Source of the DNA: Lama guanicoe
Lineage: Eukaryota
Direction of reading: 5' to 3'
Length of the DNA: 64,000 bases
Assembly: GCA_013239625.1 (NCBI GenBank)
Contig: MU053810.1
Coordinates: 2,739,518 to 2,803,517, forward strand
Part shown: positions 28,235-42,090 of the stretch, one piece after another
Layout: each line of letters starts with the position of its first letter
Position numbering within the stretch: the first letter of the stretch is position 1
Position numbers and translations under genes: made by a program
Notes under the pieces: generated by a model
The model's database searches: none
Seen by the model: only the letters and a program-made list of their open reading frames with translations
Told to the model about the DNA's origin: nothing

Positions 28235-28413
28235 GTATTTATAACAGCAATGATGTAGCAGTCTCGTTTCCAAATGTAGTATCTGGCTCAGGCTCCAGTA
28301 CTCCTGTCTCCAGTTCTCATTTACCTCAGCAACCTTCTGGGCATTTACAACAAGTGGGAGCTCTCTCCCCGTCAGCCACGTCATCTGCACCCTCTGCTGT
28401 TGCTGCAACTCAG
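28235..28413 (+). CDS. MLLT10: MLLT10 exon (179 nt): (G)IYNSNDVAVSFPNVVSGSG...SAVAATQ
   Basis: Poly-T tract with catAG|, CAG|GTAAAT donor. In frame, AF10 peptide. Confidence 0.96.
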
Positions 28414-31336
28414 GTAAATTACTACAGTGTTACAAAGTAACATTTGTCATTTTTAAAAGTAAGTTCGATTGGAAGGGAGAGAAATGAAATAGGGATTCCT
28501 ATAGGAATTTATAAAAATATCTCAATTAAAAATGAGTGAAGGAGAATATAGGATAAAGAGTGAGTAATTCCTTTAAGTACTGTATGGCTTTCCTCCTACT
28601 GGGAAAGAAGATATGTTCGTAAATATTGGAAATGATAGTGACTATGCTGGTGGGTTTGCACTTGTTTATCCCTTTCCTTCCCCCTTTAGATCTGGAACTT
28701 GATAGGTGACCCAATCTACAGAGCCAGTCAAACCAGAGAAATTATAATCTTGAATTATGTAAATAAGACAGTAAATGAGCAAAGCTGTACACAACACACA
28801 CATACACACACACCCTACTCTCCACCTCAACCCCCCATCCCAAACCCCCACATTTCCCCGAAGGTAGTAACTTAAAATTCCTGAAATATATATAGTTTTT
28901 ATTTAAAGATCAGAACAATGACAAATGTCTAATTATAAACAACTAGTTAAGTAGTTGTTTGTCAGTTGCTGTAAACTTAAGCTTTATGTATGTGTTCATA
29001 ATTTCCATTATACAGGTCTTTAGAATGTATGTATACTTATCCAGCATCTTCTGTAAGCTCTACATCAAAGCACAACATGAAGTTATTTTTAAAGTATGTA
29101 ATGGTGCAGTGCAAACAATAACCATTATAATTAGGTCAAGAATTAGATAAACAACAGATCAGTGGCATGATTAGTGGTGGTGTCTGGAAATGAGAGCTAA
29201 CAATTTGGTGAACTTCTCAACCTGAATAAGAGGGAGCTGACTAGTTTGGGAGAGTTTTCTTTGGCTTATTTCACCAGCCTTGGTCCGGTAGACGTAACAG
29301 GGGCTTGGGGGTAGAAACGGTGAAAGGATAAATGAGCGAATGGCTCTTAGAAATAGTTTTCTCTCTTTTAATTAAGTGTAACCATATGCTGTTGAGAGCT
29401 TTATATCCTTGGACGGAGTCTCACATGAACATTTTCAATGTGCATTTTTCTTCCCTTTCTTTATAAAAGTCTGTTTTAATTACTCTCTGGTTAATTCCAG
29501 GCTGAATTAAGCAAAAATCTCATTTCTTCCCATGCATTATGTTTGTGGTTTTGGGGGTTGGCATTGGGGAGGTGGATGGGGGAAGTGGTAGTGAAGAGAA
29601 ATTTATAGCTAGAGGGAAAATTCCACTTAACAAATGATCGACTGAAGAACAAAGAAATCATAGTTGCAGGTAATCCAGGATTCAGTCCAATTACAGTCTT
29701 GCCTCTTTCCATGTTTCAGTGAGATGGGTCTCTTAAAACCTGGTCATCCAGTGAGACTCACGTGCTGCCTTCTGAGACAGCCGCACACCTGCGTCTCTGT
29801 CCCCCAGTGGCCGTGCCCTGCCTTCGGCCGCACCTTAGTTGGCCTGGCTCATCCGGTGCTGCTGGGGCAGCCACCAGGTCTCCAGGCGGCTGAGGCAGGT
29901 TGGCCTCTCAGCTGAACTGAGTGAGGGACTACTTCAGTTTTGCTGCCTGAGCCAGTAGTATTGGCATTGAGTGTGCGAAGTGTGCAAGGGAAAGGATACG
30001 AAAATATATAGAATAAATTGAATGTAGCTAAGAACTCCTAAAATTGTGATGCACTTGGTAATTTAATCTTCTTTTCAAAATGACAGAAGTTTATTTCTGT
30101 TTAACTTTCATACGGGCCTTGTTTGTTTTCAAATCATACGATTCAGTGTGTTTAGATGGTCACATCCTGTCCTTTTATTTAGAGTTTCCTTATAGGTAGT
30201 TGATTGGAAAATGAACAGAGTAGTGCTATAAGTGTGTAAATTAAATGGTGAATATTTAAAATGTAATTATAGAAACCTTATTATAATTAGTAAGAAAACC
30301 ATCACACCAGCAAGCAACTGTCTTAAAAAATACAAATCAGAGACTAGGAGTGTTAAATTTGAACATTGTTTTTGCCTTCCCTCCTTTCCCCTTAAAAGCT
30401 TAGTTAAAGTATTAATTTTAAGTGATGGGCATGGTGTCAGCAGGATAAAAATCCAGAGGTCATTCTTGATCTTTCTGGCCTTGGTTTTAAGTAAGATAGA
30501 CAGGCCTCTTGTTTAGTTTATTTGCTGTCTTAAGAATTGTTCCCAGGAAGTGGTCAGGGAAGTCAGGTCAGGAGGAGCTAATAGAAGTTAAAAACTGAGA
30601 ACAGATTTGTGCCTTTACTGGGGGAGAAAGGAGACACTTGTGAAAATGTGAGGGGGAATGTCTGATGATTAGCAACCCTAATTTCAAAAAAAAACCTTTA
30701 AAAACTGTTTGATAACTCAATTTTATATTGATTGATGTTAAATCCGTTTGTTTTATTTGTATATACTTGTTTTTAGCGTAACTATTCCTTCACAGATAAT
30801 CAGCAATATAGTTACAATTATAGTTCTCTTAAGATTGTTGGAAGCCAGAACTACTATCTGTGTGATACGCTCTGTCCTTGTGTCACGAGTAGATGTATGT
30901 TACTTTCTGTAGGTGTGCCATAAATGTTTCATTTTGTCTTTCAAATTCTGCTGCTTCCCAGTTCTGCATTCATTCTGTTTTGTCTCTGGGAGAATTCAGG
31001 TGCTTTTGTTGAAGGCTGATTGTATTAATAGAATTTAAGAATCAGAATGTAATGAAAAAAGTGTATTCTAATATGTCTAACATTCTGAGTTTTGCTTTTG
31101 GATACAGCTTTCACGTAGATAATCATGGTTCCTTGTTTACTGTATGTTATTGTTATAAAGATGATTATAGATTTAAAAATAAAGAACTTCTGGGATTTGT
31201 TTATATGATATTTAGTAAATATAAATATTTAAGTATTTTAAAGGTATAATTTAGTGAGTGATGTTTTGCAGATTTATGTGAGACTTTTACTTCAATCAGC
31301 TTTGCGTATTTTGTTTCCCAGTATTATACCTTTGGG

Positions 31337-31375
31337 TATGTGTGGTGTGGTGTGTGTGTGTGTGTGTGTGTGTGT
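31337..31375. repeat. (TG)n microsatellite
   Basis: Directly visible tgtgtggtgtggtgtgtgtgtgtgtgtgtgtgtgtgt. Confidence 0.95.
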
Positions 31376-32699
31376 TTTGGGGGAGTTGTCTTAGATATAA
31401 TCCTTGACTTCCTTTCAGATGATATCTGATAGGACACTTTGATCCTTTTTGAGAAAATGGTTGTTTCCCAGGCAAATTCACCTGTCTTTGGAGGAGCTCT
31501 GACTTGATTGGTCAGAAGGAAAGTTTCACCTGTTTTAAATAATTACAGAATGACTTGTAACTTCAAGGAAGTTAACATTCTGAGCAGAATAAGCTTTTAA
31601 AAGTACTTTGTAACATCACTTACTATTGGATGATGAAGAGGTTTTGTAACTGTGTTGGGTTACGTGTCCAGTGAGTGGTAGAACTATGTCTGGAAGCAAG
31701 GCAGTCTGACTCCTGCACCTGCTCTCTGGTTTGCTAGGATTGCCAGTGAGAATATTGTACAGAAGCACTTCCTTTACAACAAATAGAATTAAAATTTTCT
31801 GTTAAAACTCATGATTCCTTGGATAGATGAATTTTAGCCATTTCAAGTTCAGCTGTTCACTACCGTCTTTTCTGTTCTTGAGTTTCCAGTAGCCATTTTA
31901 ATCCTGGGGACTTCCTTTTCCCCCCAAAAGATAGGTGATGTATTGATTAGATATTAACCAATTAAGAAACCTGCTTAGAAATTGGTTGTTATTCTGTACA
32001 GTCCTGTTGTCCAATCATGAGTGTTCATTGATGGTTTAACTACAATTTAATCCCTCCCACTACTTTATAGAAACTCAATTGTGGGGCATTTCAGTATTAG
32101 CCTAAACAATGGTTTTGAATACGTTAAGCTCCTAACAATTAGGGAGCAGTTTGGGGCATTGAATTAAGTGGAATGATGCAATTGAACCTGACAGCTTTAA
32201 CAGTCAGCCTACTCATGGGACCCGAAAGTTGTTCACACTTGGTTTCATCTCTCATCACACGCTGCGTATTAAAGCCTGACTGGTGGTAGCTGACACAGAA
32301 ATGGGTCTGTTGTCAGGATATGTTTTCTAGTACAAAATTTGAATTGAGTTAGAGAATGTATGAAACTTCCCATTGTTCTCCAGTTTTTCCTGGAAAATTT
32401 TCTAGTCAAACAAATTGTGTTTGCAAATTGAAGAAATATATTAATTGTCATTAAAATATTTGAATCCTTACATTATATTTGCCATATTTCTGTGTGTTAT
32501 TATAGAATATATAGATTTAAATATCATTGCCTAATGAGACATTTGTACTATCTAATTTTTCTTAGACAAATAAGTTTTAATCTTTGAAATACAGCCATGT
32601 TAATACCAGAATATAATTGGTAAATTATATTACCTAATGAAGTTGGTGGAAAAGATGGAAACCATCATAGCTTATGAAAACCATTTTTAAAATAACAGT

Positions 32700-32905
32700 C
32701 TAAAATTTGAGTGCTTACCTGTGCCAAGCATTCTTCTAAGCCCTTATATATATTAATTCTATTAACTATTAACAATTAATAGTTAGTTGTTATAATATTC
32801 TTGTGAGGGTAGGTACTATTTCTATCTCCATTTTTATAGATGAATATTGAAGACAGAGAGCTTTAGTGCCTCATCCAATGTGAGATAGCTTGGCTTATGG
32901 CAGAT
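32700..32905 (-). mobile_element. MIR SINE
   Basis: gagtgcttacctgtgccaagca...gtaggtactatttctatctccatttttatagatga. Confidence 0.75.
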
Positions 32906-35900
32906 AGAGTAATAATAAAGTTTTTTCTTGTAAGAGTATGTATGAAGTAGGAATTTTTAAAAAGTAATACTCAGTTCAGTGAATCTGTCAAGACTTTGGA
33001 AGAATGTATTTTTAAATCATGTGCCAGGGTTGGAAAGTTTGAAGAAGCAGCTACTGTGTTTTCGAGCTTGTTTGAATCTTTTGCCTTTAATATTTATTGA
33101 CAGCTTAACTGTGCAGTTTAAGAAACGCTTGTTATAACCTCTTCTTGTATTTCTGAAGCATGGAGTTCCATATCTACCTCTAGATGATGTATTGCTATGA
33201 TATGTTCCAAAGGTGAAAATTTGATAGGTATATTTTTCAAACTTAATTTTTCTTCTTTATACTTTATTATTCTGCCTTTACCAACGTTAGGGAGAAAAAG
33301 AAGTCTACCAAAACCATAGCCACTTTTAAATCTGATACTCAAATAATTGAGTAGACATAATCTGACTTTTTCCTCCACAGCTCACTCCGTTAGAATGAGC
33401 TGAGTGCCTAGGAATGTGGGAGACTTGCTTCACTCTACAAATAGAGCTCTTAAAAAACTTCTCTGTGGTCATAAGTAGACATTTGAAATATAAGAGGTGA
33501 ACTGTTAACAAAAGGGGAAATTTCAAGCTGCAATATAATTTTAATTTTGCTAATGTTTAAATATGGCATTCAGTCTACTTAGGAAACACTGAATTTCTTT
33601 GACTTACTTTGAGATTGAATACTGCTTTGGTGGAGACTTGCATATCTTTCTAGATGTTTAACATCATAAGTTATTTCAAATTTGCTAAGGGTATTCTTTG
33701 ACTCAGGCACCTAAACATAATATTGCTTCAGAGTAACTTAGATTTACCTCAGTAATTATCCAGTTTATTTCTACTTGTCTTTGAGTCCATCTTGTAAAAT
33801 AATTACTGTACTTCATGAGGCTTTTACTAGGGTGTTGTAATAGGCATGACATCTTGCATGGAAGGGGTTGCTTTAAATTATTAATCTTGGGGAGCAGGAA
33901 AAAAAACCCTGTCTATGATATTGTATATTTGGAAGTAAAAGCAGAAGTTTATTATGGCAATATGAGCTTAATAGTTTCATAAAATATTTTTATCCTGATC
34001 TAACATCTGTTTTCACATTTTGAGGACATGACTTGATTTCAGCAGGGCATTATAAAGCCAAGTAACTAGTTTTTTTTGCAATCATACTCTTTTTTGTTTT
34101 AGCTTCCTTTTTGAAATAATTTTAGATGTGTAGAGAAGTTGCAGGAGCAGTACAGGGTTCGTGTGTATTGTGGACACCTCCACTCAGCCCTGCAGTGTCA
34201 ACACCTCGTGTTCATATAGTGGCACTAGGCCCCAGAAGGATGTGTGCCCATAAGTTACATTCTTCTTATCTGGGCAAGATAGACCTGAAGTGTTGTGAGG
34301 GAGGTACTTCCTTCCAAAACCAATTGCCAGTTTTTATACCAGGTTTTTTTTTTTTTTTTTTTGCATGGCTTTTCTTCCTTTTTTATATACCAGGTTTTCT
34401 GAAGCAGACTTAGGGCACATTAGTAATTTGCATTCAGTGCACTGTTTAACATCTATTTCCAAAATATGCTGTGGAGAAGTATGTATGTATGGTTTCCTTT
34501 ATTCCTCATTCCAGATTCCTTTTATACAAAAGCTTTCAGTGCCCTTTTTGCTTCATAACCACTGTTGCTGTGGGTTCACATGGACTTCCATGAGTCTTAG
34601 TGCTTTCACCTTTTAATAACAGAGGTTTTTTTGAGTCTGAAAAATGCTGGTCATTATGTGTGTCCTCTCCTCATAAGCTGTCCATATCTTCCCTGCTCTC
34701 TATCTTACTCTTCTTTCTTGCTACTAAGTCATAGAAGCTTTTCGCTGAGATGTTGGGAGTTTCTTGGGCCTGTGGTGCCCATAGAGTTACCGAGAGTTTC
34801 CGGAAGTAACCATTGTAAATATCATTTCAGAAGTGTTAGCCAAGCAGTGTCAGGCATTTGTGGGGTCTTTTTGGTAACTAATGTTACCTGCTTGAAATGA
34901 TGGTAATGACCTGGATTTTAATGTAGACCGGTGTAGATAGTTTCATATACCACAAAACCCTATCTCATAAAATTAGTAACTTAGTTTCAGTCTCTTTTGA
35001 AAGTTTCTTGTTTAAATAAATACAATAATTTTTTAAAACAAAACTACCAGATAGTTTTTACACATTCAGAAAATTTGGGAAATTGGCCATTCAGAATAAT
35101 GAAGAATGTACTTTCAATTCATTTTATTATTTTATTATAAATTTTACTTTTGCCTGCTGTCTTTATAAAATATATACTTTCCTGCTTTGGAATTACATTA
35201 AAGATGATTTATCCTCTTCCTGGTGGTAGTCATTATGTAAATCATTTATGCCGTGCTGCTTTGCATTTTGCTCCTTTTGTACAGTGGGCATAGTGTGTGA
35301 TTGGGAAAGTAAGATAATTTGAGCTCATAAAACTGATGATGGGAACTGAAAAAGTGGTCCAGCTGGGCTTTTGCAGAGACACGAAGAGTCAAAGGTGCAG
35401 GCACAGGTGCAGAGGTGCCGCCGTGTCCGATGTCCACGTGCTCGGAGCCCCGTCCACCAGCGCTGGGGAAGGTGCTCGTCCTTGCTTGTATTCCTCTTGC
35501 CGTCAGCAGTTACTTCTTGCTGCAACAAAATGTCTCCACACATTACTTTTTCTTTCTTTTCCTAATTAATTTTCCACTTCTAATCTGTTCTATGTTGTTT
35601 ACTTGATCTTTTTAGAATTATGTCTAGAGTAAGAGTAAATTGGCTCTGCAAAGGGCATTTTTAAGTATAAGATGCCTAAGATTTTAACATGGAGGATTGG
35701 TAATATCTGGATTTTTCTTGTTCTAAGTTATTTTATGCGTAGCCAAGATCCCCAGGTAGTTAACTTCTGGAGAGGTTGGAAAAAAACTTCCTGTATTTCT
35801 ATTTTAGGCTCATGTTTTATGTACTCTCTACATGGTTGAGTATCTTTTGTGATCTTTAGGTTGAAGTGATGATTTAGCTTTAACTGAGGGCTAATTGACT

Positions 35901-37398
35901 GTTGAACAGGATTGTATCATCCAAACTTACTGACTTTGTGTGCATGACTTTAATAAAAGGAAAAATGAAACCAGAAATTGGCCTATTGAACTTGGACAGT
36001 ACAGTGTGAACTATGAAATACACCCATGGAAACAATGGAAAGCAGGGACAGGATTCTACATCACAAGGACTAGTTCTGTGAATTGTAAAGTCCAAATTTT
36101 ATGCTTAATAAATTGGCTAGAGGCCACATGTAATGTCAGGGTCTGAGTCTTTCCAGAAACAGTTTATTCTCTAGTATTTTGCTCGTTGTAGCTGCGGTGT
36201 TGTCTTGATCCCTTGTGTGCCGTTATACGTGGCAGAATGTCCCACATCTTTTGTTCTGCTGTTATTCAGCCTCTTTATCTTAAAAGTGCTTCAACTCTGA
36301 AGTTATTTTTCAGAATTTTGTTCTGTAATAACTATACAGTAATTTCGTTTTATAAAAGCTTAAGTTTGATTTCATTCACGAAAAAGAAAAAGAAATCTAC
36401 TTTAAAATTTGTGGTTCTGTTAAATCTGAAGAGTATTTCAGAGTAGTAATAGCCTCTTCTGAGTAACAGTGTTTTGTGTACAAGAGATTTGCTTCCAAAA
36501 TGCCACATTTTAAGGTTATAATATTCTTGGAAAGTGGGAGAAAGTGTTCACATCAAAGAAGGCATTTTTATTACATTGGATTACGCAAGACTTTGGCCAG
36601 CCTCCTTAACTTCATCTGTTTAAGGGTTCATTTTCGCTTGTTTGGCACAAGTCCCAGTAGAGGCCTTCAGAATTGTGGTTAGCAACATGAATGAATTACA
36701 AACTGTGGACCAGCTCTTCAGTTCGTAGAGCTGGCTTACTGCCAAGAAGACAGTGCCTTATATGGGGTCAGGGCAAAGCTGTGATTCGTTGAGCCCTGCA
36801 TTGTATAGAAAACATACTTGTGATGCCTGTTTGCTTTCTTTTAAAATAAAAACAAAACAAAACAGAAAAAGCAGCAGGCTTCCAAGTCTATCAAAATAGG
36901 AAGTAACAAAATAGTGTGCAGGTTTTACTAATGACAGAGTTAGGCAATGGAAATATGGCTCTGCGTAGTTGAAACACTGGAAGTAGAAGTTGGACCTTTG
37001 ACCTTCTCAGCTGGCCTGTGATGTAAGAGGCTGAAGCGTTTGTTAGACATCTGTTGTCTACCTTCCCTTATTTTGTACATGGTTTAATAAGATTAAATAA
37101 CTAGTTGTATGTTCACATGGTTACCATGCCGCTGGTTTTGGTATCGAATAGATACTTTGAAATTAAAGCATGAATAATGAACTTTGTGCCAATACTTTTT
37201 TTTTTTTTTTAAGATTATGTGACTTTTCAGAAATTGGAATGTTGGAATGGTAAAACAAGTAAGAATGAAATTTGCTTCTCAGAAAGTCAGGAATTGTTTC
37301 TTGCATTCTTAGGTTGGGGAAAATAGTTACTAGGTCTATTAGGAGCGAAAGATATTTTTAAACGTAATTCATGTATCTTTGTTATTCTTTTCATTTAG

Positions 37399-37516
37399 GC
37401 AAATGCCCTGTCTGGATCTTCTCTTGGTCAGGCACAGTCTCATATGTACGGCAGTAGATTAAATCCCAGTTCATCAATGGCAGCTCTTATAGCTCAGTCT
37501 GAAAGCAATCAAACAG
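37399..37516 (+). CDS. MLLT10: MLLT10 exon (118 nt): ANALSGSSLGQAQSHMYGSRLNPSSSMAALIAQSESNQT
   Basis: ttcttttcatttAG| acceptor, CAG|GTACGT donor. In frame. Confidence 0.95.
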
Positions 37517-38864
37517 GTACGTTTTCAAGAATTTTTAAAACTCTATAAAGTTCTCTTTCCCTCCCCCAGTGTAATTTTTACCCCATCAGCTCCTTTTATT
37601 TGAGAAGTCTAAAGGTTAATACAGGATTGTGCCCTTTTTGTTTTTTTTAAACCAAAAGAATCACAGTTGTAAGTATGCTGTGCTGCAAAATAGTGGTGCT
37701 TTTTTACTGTCTGAAATGTAAATGTTGAAGCAGAGCCGTCAGCAGGCAGGAATGCTAGTGTCTCCTGTGACTTTTCTGATTGATGTGCTCAGTTCTTAGT
37801 TCTGTGCAATGAAAGTAACATAACACTGGGCTTCCCTGTGAATAGCCTCAACCCTTATTTGCATAATTCATGAAATTGCATTACACAAACTTGGTTAAAA
37901 AAAAAATCCTGTTAGAGAATTTCTACAGTGTTTAGTAATCCTGTGAATTTTTACCAGTTGACTTTTTGTAGCATTTGCCTCTTGTACTGTTTTAATCAGC
38001 CACTGGATTTGCTTTGTTTCATTCCATCCTTAAGGATTTGTTGACATGTCCAAGTAGTCATGCCTGTTTGGGGGAAGGGGATGAGTTTAGCAGTTCACCA
38101 AGAATGGATCAGTCGTGTCTTTACCCTTCAAGGGTCAGAGGTTACCTGACTCAGAATAAGGGGAGGACAACCTTGAAAGAGGCCAGATAGGGTGATTTTA
38201 TAAGGAACTAACTGTAGGGGGAGAAACACAAGTTATTTTTCAGAGATATTTGGTGTTACTTAAGGAATATTTTGAAGAAATTAATTTCTTTTCCCTTTTC
38301 AATACAGAATTCTTTATTCCTACTTGTTTTTGTCAATTTGGTATTTAGTGTTATGAGTAACTTTATTCTTGGTATGAAGATCTGTGTAATATATATAAAA
38401 TTTTAGTCCTGGTGTGTGGCTCTGTGTAATTCACTGTGTATTTTATGTCTTGTCCTGGGATGCAAAGTGTTAAAAAATACAAAGCGTAAGGATTTGCTGT
38501 GATAAGCATACAGATTAGCTGTCCACAGCTGTGATTCATTACTTTAACCGTAGAAATTAAAAGTGGCTGAGGGGAGGGCACTGCAAATGCAAACCACGCT
38601 TCTGCGCTGTAAAACTGAAAGGAATGAGAGAATGGAACATAATCCACGGCCTCCTACACCCACCAAAAACATGTAGGGACAACGCCTTACATGCCGCAGT
38701 TCAGCAGTGCTGATCTAGCAACATACTAGGTCTTCTTCTTTCATAGTAACTGCAAAGATAGTGCTGAAGGTTTTATGTATGTTTTAGGGAAAATCAGGGC
38801 AAGAGCTTAAAACATCTTATCTACTGAGGGTCACTTTATCAGCTATGAAATATTTACACTGCAG

Positions 38865-38937
38865 ATCAAGATCTTGGAGACAATAGCCGTGGCCTTGTTG
38901 GCAGAGGAAGCTCCCCCCGAGGAAGTCTCTCACCACG
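38865..38937 (+). CDS. MLLT10: MLLT10 exon (73 nt): (D)QDLGDNSRGLVGRGSSPRGSLSP(R)
   Basis: ctgcAG| acceptor, CG|GTAAGC donor. In frame. Confidence 0.95.
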
Positions 38938-41538
38938 GTAAGCATTATTTGCACTGCAAAGTATAGGCAAAGAAAACATTTTAAGATTTGGAAACTTCTT
39001 TATCTCATATCAGCAGAGTGTACATTTGTGAGGCTATAAAAGCATTCTGTAGATAAGAGGCGTGTCTGGACAGTCAAGAAAAATGATTCTAAATTAATTT
39101 GAATATTAACTTAAACACATGGTTAGATTTCTAAGGTTTATAAAAGCCATACCTTTGCTTAGATTTCTAATCTGGTACTGTCAGTGCATTAATTTGAGTA
39201 ATTCTTTTTGGTCATAAAATAGTCTTAAAATCTCTTAAAGTTTCAGAATCCAGGCTTTCAACTTTGGGTTCCAGTTTTACCTATGTTGTGGGCAATGTAC
39301 TTAATCCTTTAGTCTCTAGTTCCTAATTCAGTAAATGAAATTCTTGTGGCTCATCTCTAAATGCCTCTAGTTCTTAAAATTGTTCAAAGCAAAGTATAGC
39401 AAATACAGTACATTGTTCTCTGAAATTACCTTAGATATTATATGAAAGAATTCAGGTACCATTTATTAATACATAGTATACGTGAGGTTATTCCTGCCAG
39501 CAGGACATTAGCCAGGGTTAGGCTGAAAGTGTTGAAATTCTCTGAGCACAATCTTAAGTGCCCCACGTCTCCTGTTCTTGATGGGGGAAGGGGAGTAGGC
39601 AGTCCTGTGTTGGTTATGGAATAGAATGGAACATTAGGCTCTGGCTACCTTTTTATTAATTTTATTCATTCTCAACTTCTATACCTTTTTCTAGTTTGTT
39701 TTCTCTCTGTTCTTCAACTTTATAAACTCTGCCTCAATTGTGGTGTTAGATTGGGTGAGAATGGAGAGCAGAAGAAGAAGCCCATTCAAGAATCTTTTTT
39801 CAACTATGGGAATTTTAAAATTCTATTAAAAATTAAAGTTTTATGTGATGACTGCCATATACATTTGGGAATGTCTAGGTGTTTCGGAACATCTATTGAT
39901 AGATTAGCCCAATAACCTCTAATTTTGCTGCTTTCTAGTGGTGTATCAGTAGTGCCTCTTCCCCTAGATAATCCCTGGGTGAACTAAAGGGAGTATTGTT
40001 TTTCCTAACTGAACTCTGCAGAAAATTAAATATTCTTCTGAAACTAGGAATCTGAAGTACACAGTGACAACATCATCTGACCAGTCTGTAATTTTATGTT
40101 CCTTCTACTCTTTTATTCTTTTTTTCAAAGAAGAAAGTTAACGGAATTGTTTTGCTCATATATTTAGTGGAGGAAGCATTTCTGTGTTCCACTTTTAAAC
40201 TTAAAATATCTTACAATCTATCCAGAAATTATTCAAGATTCCTAGTGCTATTTTGCATTGTGTAGTTCTTTGTGTTTCATTATCTAAATTTCATTAGCTA
40301 AATGGGATTTAACACAATACATGGCACTAAATTATTTTTAGCATTTATTTCCAACTTCATATTACCTTTTAAAAATCAGTCTGAAATGTAATAGCCCAAA
40401 TTATCCTGGCAATAATGAACTATTTGGAAAGGGATAGGCAGCTGTAAGCAGCACATGATGTTTACATATGGAATAAAAAGGCTCATTTGTTTAACTTCTT
40501 TTTAAAGAGATATTTGCAGAGAAGTGTGTTACAGCAGCGACAGAGCACCAGCGGGCTTCTGGAAGGCCTGGGCTGTCGCCCAGCCCTATCTCCAGCAGCA
40601 CGTCTTCAGACAAGTCACTTAAGCCCCATCTTGTTTGCTCAGATAGAGGATGGGAGATAGATAGATGGAGCCAGTGAGGCAGGTTTTGACTTCTCACTGG
40701 GGTGTTGTGAAGATCATAATCACGTGGAAACACTGGACTCTCTAAAGCTCCTTACTAAATAATGTTAGTAAGTGTTAAGATGGAGGCTGGAGACCAGAAG
40801 TGGCCACATATACTAATTTAAAACAAAATGTTGATGAGAGAACATTACATGTTCATCTTAATATAAGTGGTTTTTTGTTTTGGAAGAGTTCATTAAGTTG
40901 TTATCATTTGAAATACACATCTAAGACATTTTAGAAAAAACTGTGTATATAGCACTCAGATAAAAATTGCTTTGGTCTTGATAATGTTCCCTAATACTGA
41001 AAATAGTTGAAAATAAGTATTTTTGAATTTGTATCAAAAGACTCCTTCAAAATTGTTTAAAAAATTCTTTTTACTGATATTTGAGATTTTGTGGTTGTAA
41101 ATTAAAACGCTCTCTACCTTATTATAGTTGTGCAGTGTTCTGATATTTTGCATATTAAAGCAGAATGGTGGAACTCTCTGCTCTTCTAAGCTAATTATTT
41201 TGAAGTCTTTCTAATCCCCTCTTCCCCCCTTTTGTCTTATAAAGATGAATCCATTTCTTTTACAGCCTGTTTTGGAGATTATTGGTGGTGTGTTCATACT
41301 TTCTAGTGGTTTTTAATTATCAAGTATGGCTGGCTAGTTCCTTGATTTTTACGTTTTGGGGAGGAAGTGTGGTAATTACTAAATTTTAGGGTAGATTATG
41401 GTTTTATCGTTCTAGCATAGGCAGCCTAGTGTTAGAAAACTTGTACGGGAGAAGGGTCAGCATAAGGTGAGAAACGTGAGTGTGCTTCCTTCAAAGGGTC
41501 CTCCTTCTGTTTAACCTGAGGATTAATGTTTCCAACAG

Positions 41539-41693
41539 ATCCCCTGTAAGCAGCTTACAGATCCGCTATGATCAACCAGGCAACAGCAGTTTGGAAAACC
41601 TGCCTCCAGTAGCAGCCAGCATAGAACAGCTTTTGGAGAGGCAGTGGAGTGAAGGACAGCAGTTTTTATTAGAACAGGGCACTCCTAGTGACA
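41539..41693 (+). CDS. MLLT10: MLLT10 exon (155 nt) carrying the octapeptide motif EQLLERQW
   Basis: tccaacAG| acceptor, |GTAAGT donor. Encodes SPVSSLQIRYDQPGNSSLENLPPVAASIEQLLERQWSEGQQFLLEQGTPSD. Confidence 0.97.
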
Positions 41694-41854
41694 GTAAGTA
41701 TGCTTTTCTTGTCTTTAAAGAAGGATCAGTAGATGGATGGATGGGCGGATGGATGAACAGGCAGACAGTTGGACACATGTAGAAGTCACACTTTATCAAG
41801 AATAGCACTGAAATTATGATACATGTTTTATATAATACAGTGAGAAAATGTAAC

Positions 41855-42090
41855 GTAGTAGTTTAATAGAGCCAACTCTACAGTTTGACTGCTTGGACTA
41901 TCTTAACCTGCTATTAACAGTATGATCTTGGGCAAGTTTCTTAATAACCAGATGTTTTAGTTTCCATTTGTAGAATGGGAATAATAATGTACCTATATCG
42001 TAGTATTGTTTTGAAGATTAAATGACATAAAAGACATAAAGAACATTGCCTGGCTCATAGAAAACATTTATCTGTTCACTGGTTCTTGTT
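41855..42090 (+). mobile_element. MIR SINE
   Basis: tgatcttgggcaagtttcttaa...agtttccatttgtagaatgggaataataatgtacct...gaagattaaatga. Confidence 0.8.

Noticed and set aside
40508..40675. GC-richer exon-like stretch between exons 38865 and 41539
   Set aside because: Each plausible acceptor gives an in-frame stop before a usable donor, there is no AF10-like peptide, and the flanking exons already join in frame.
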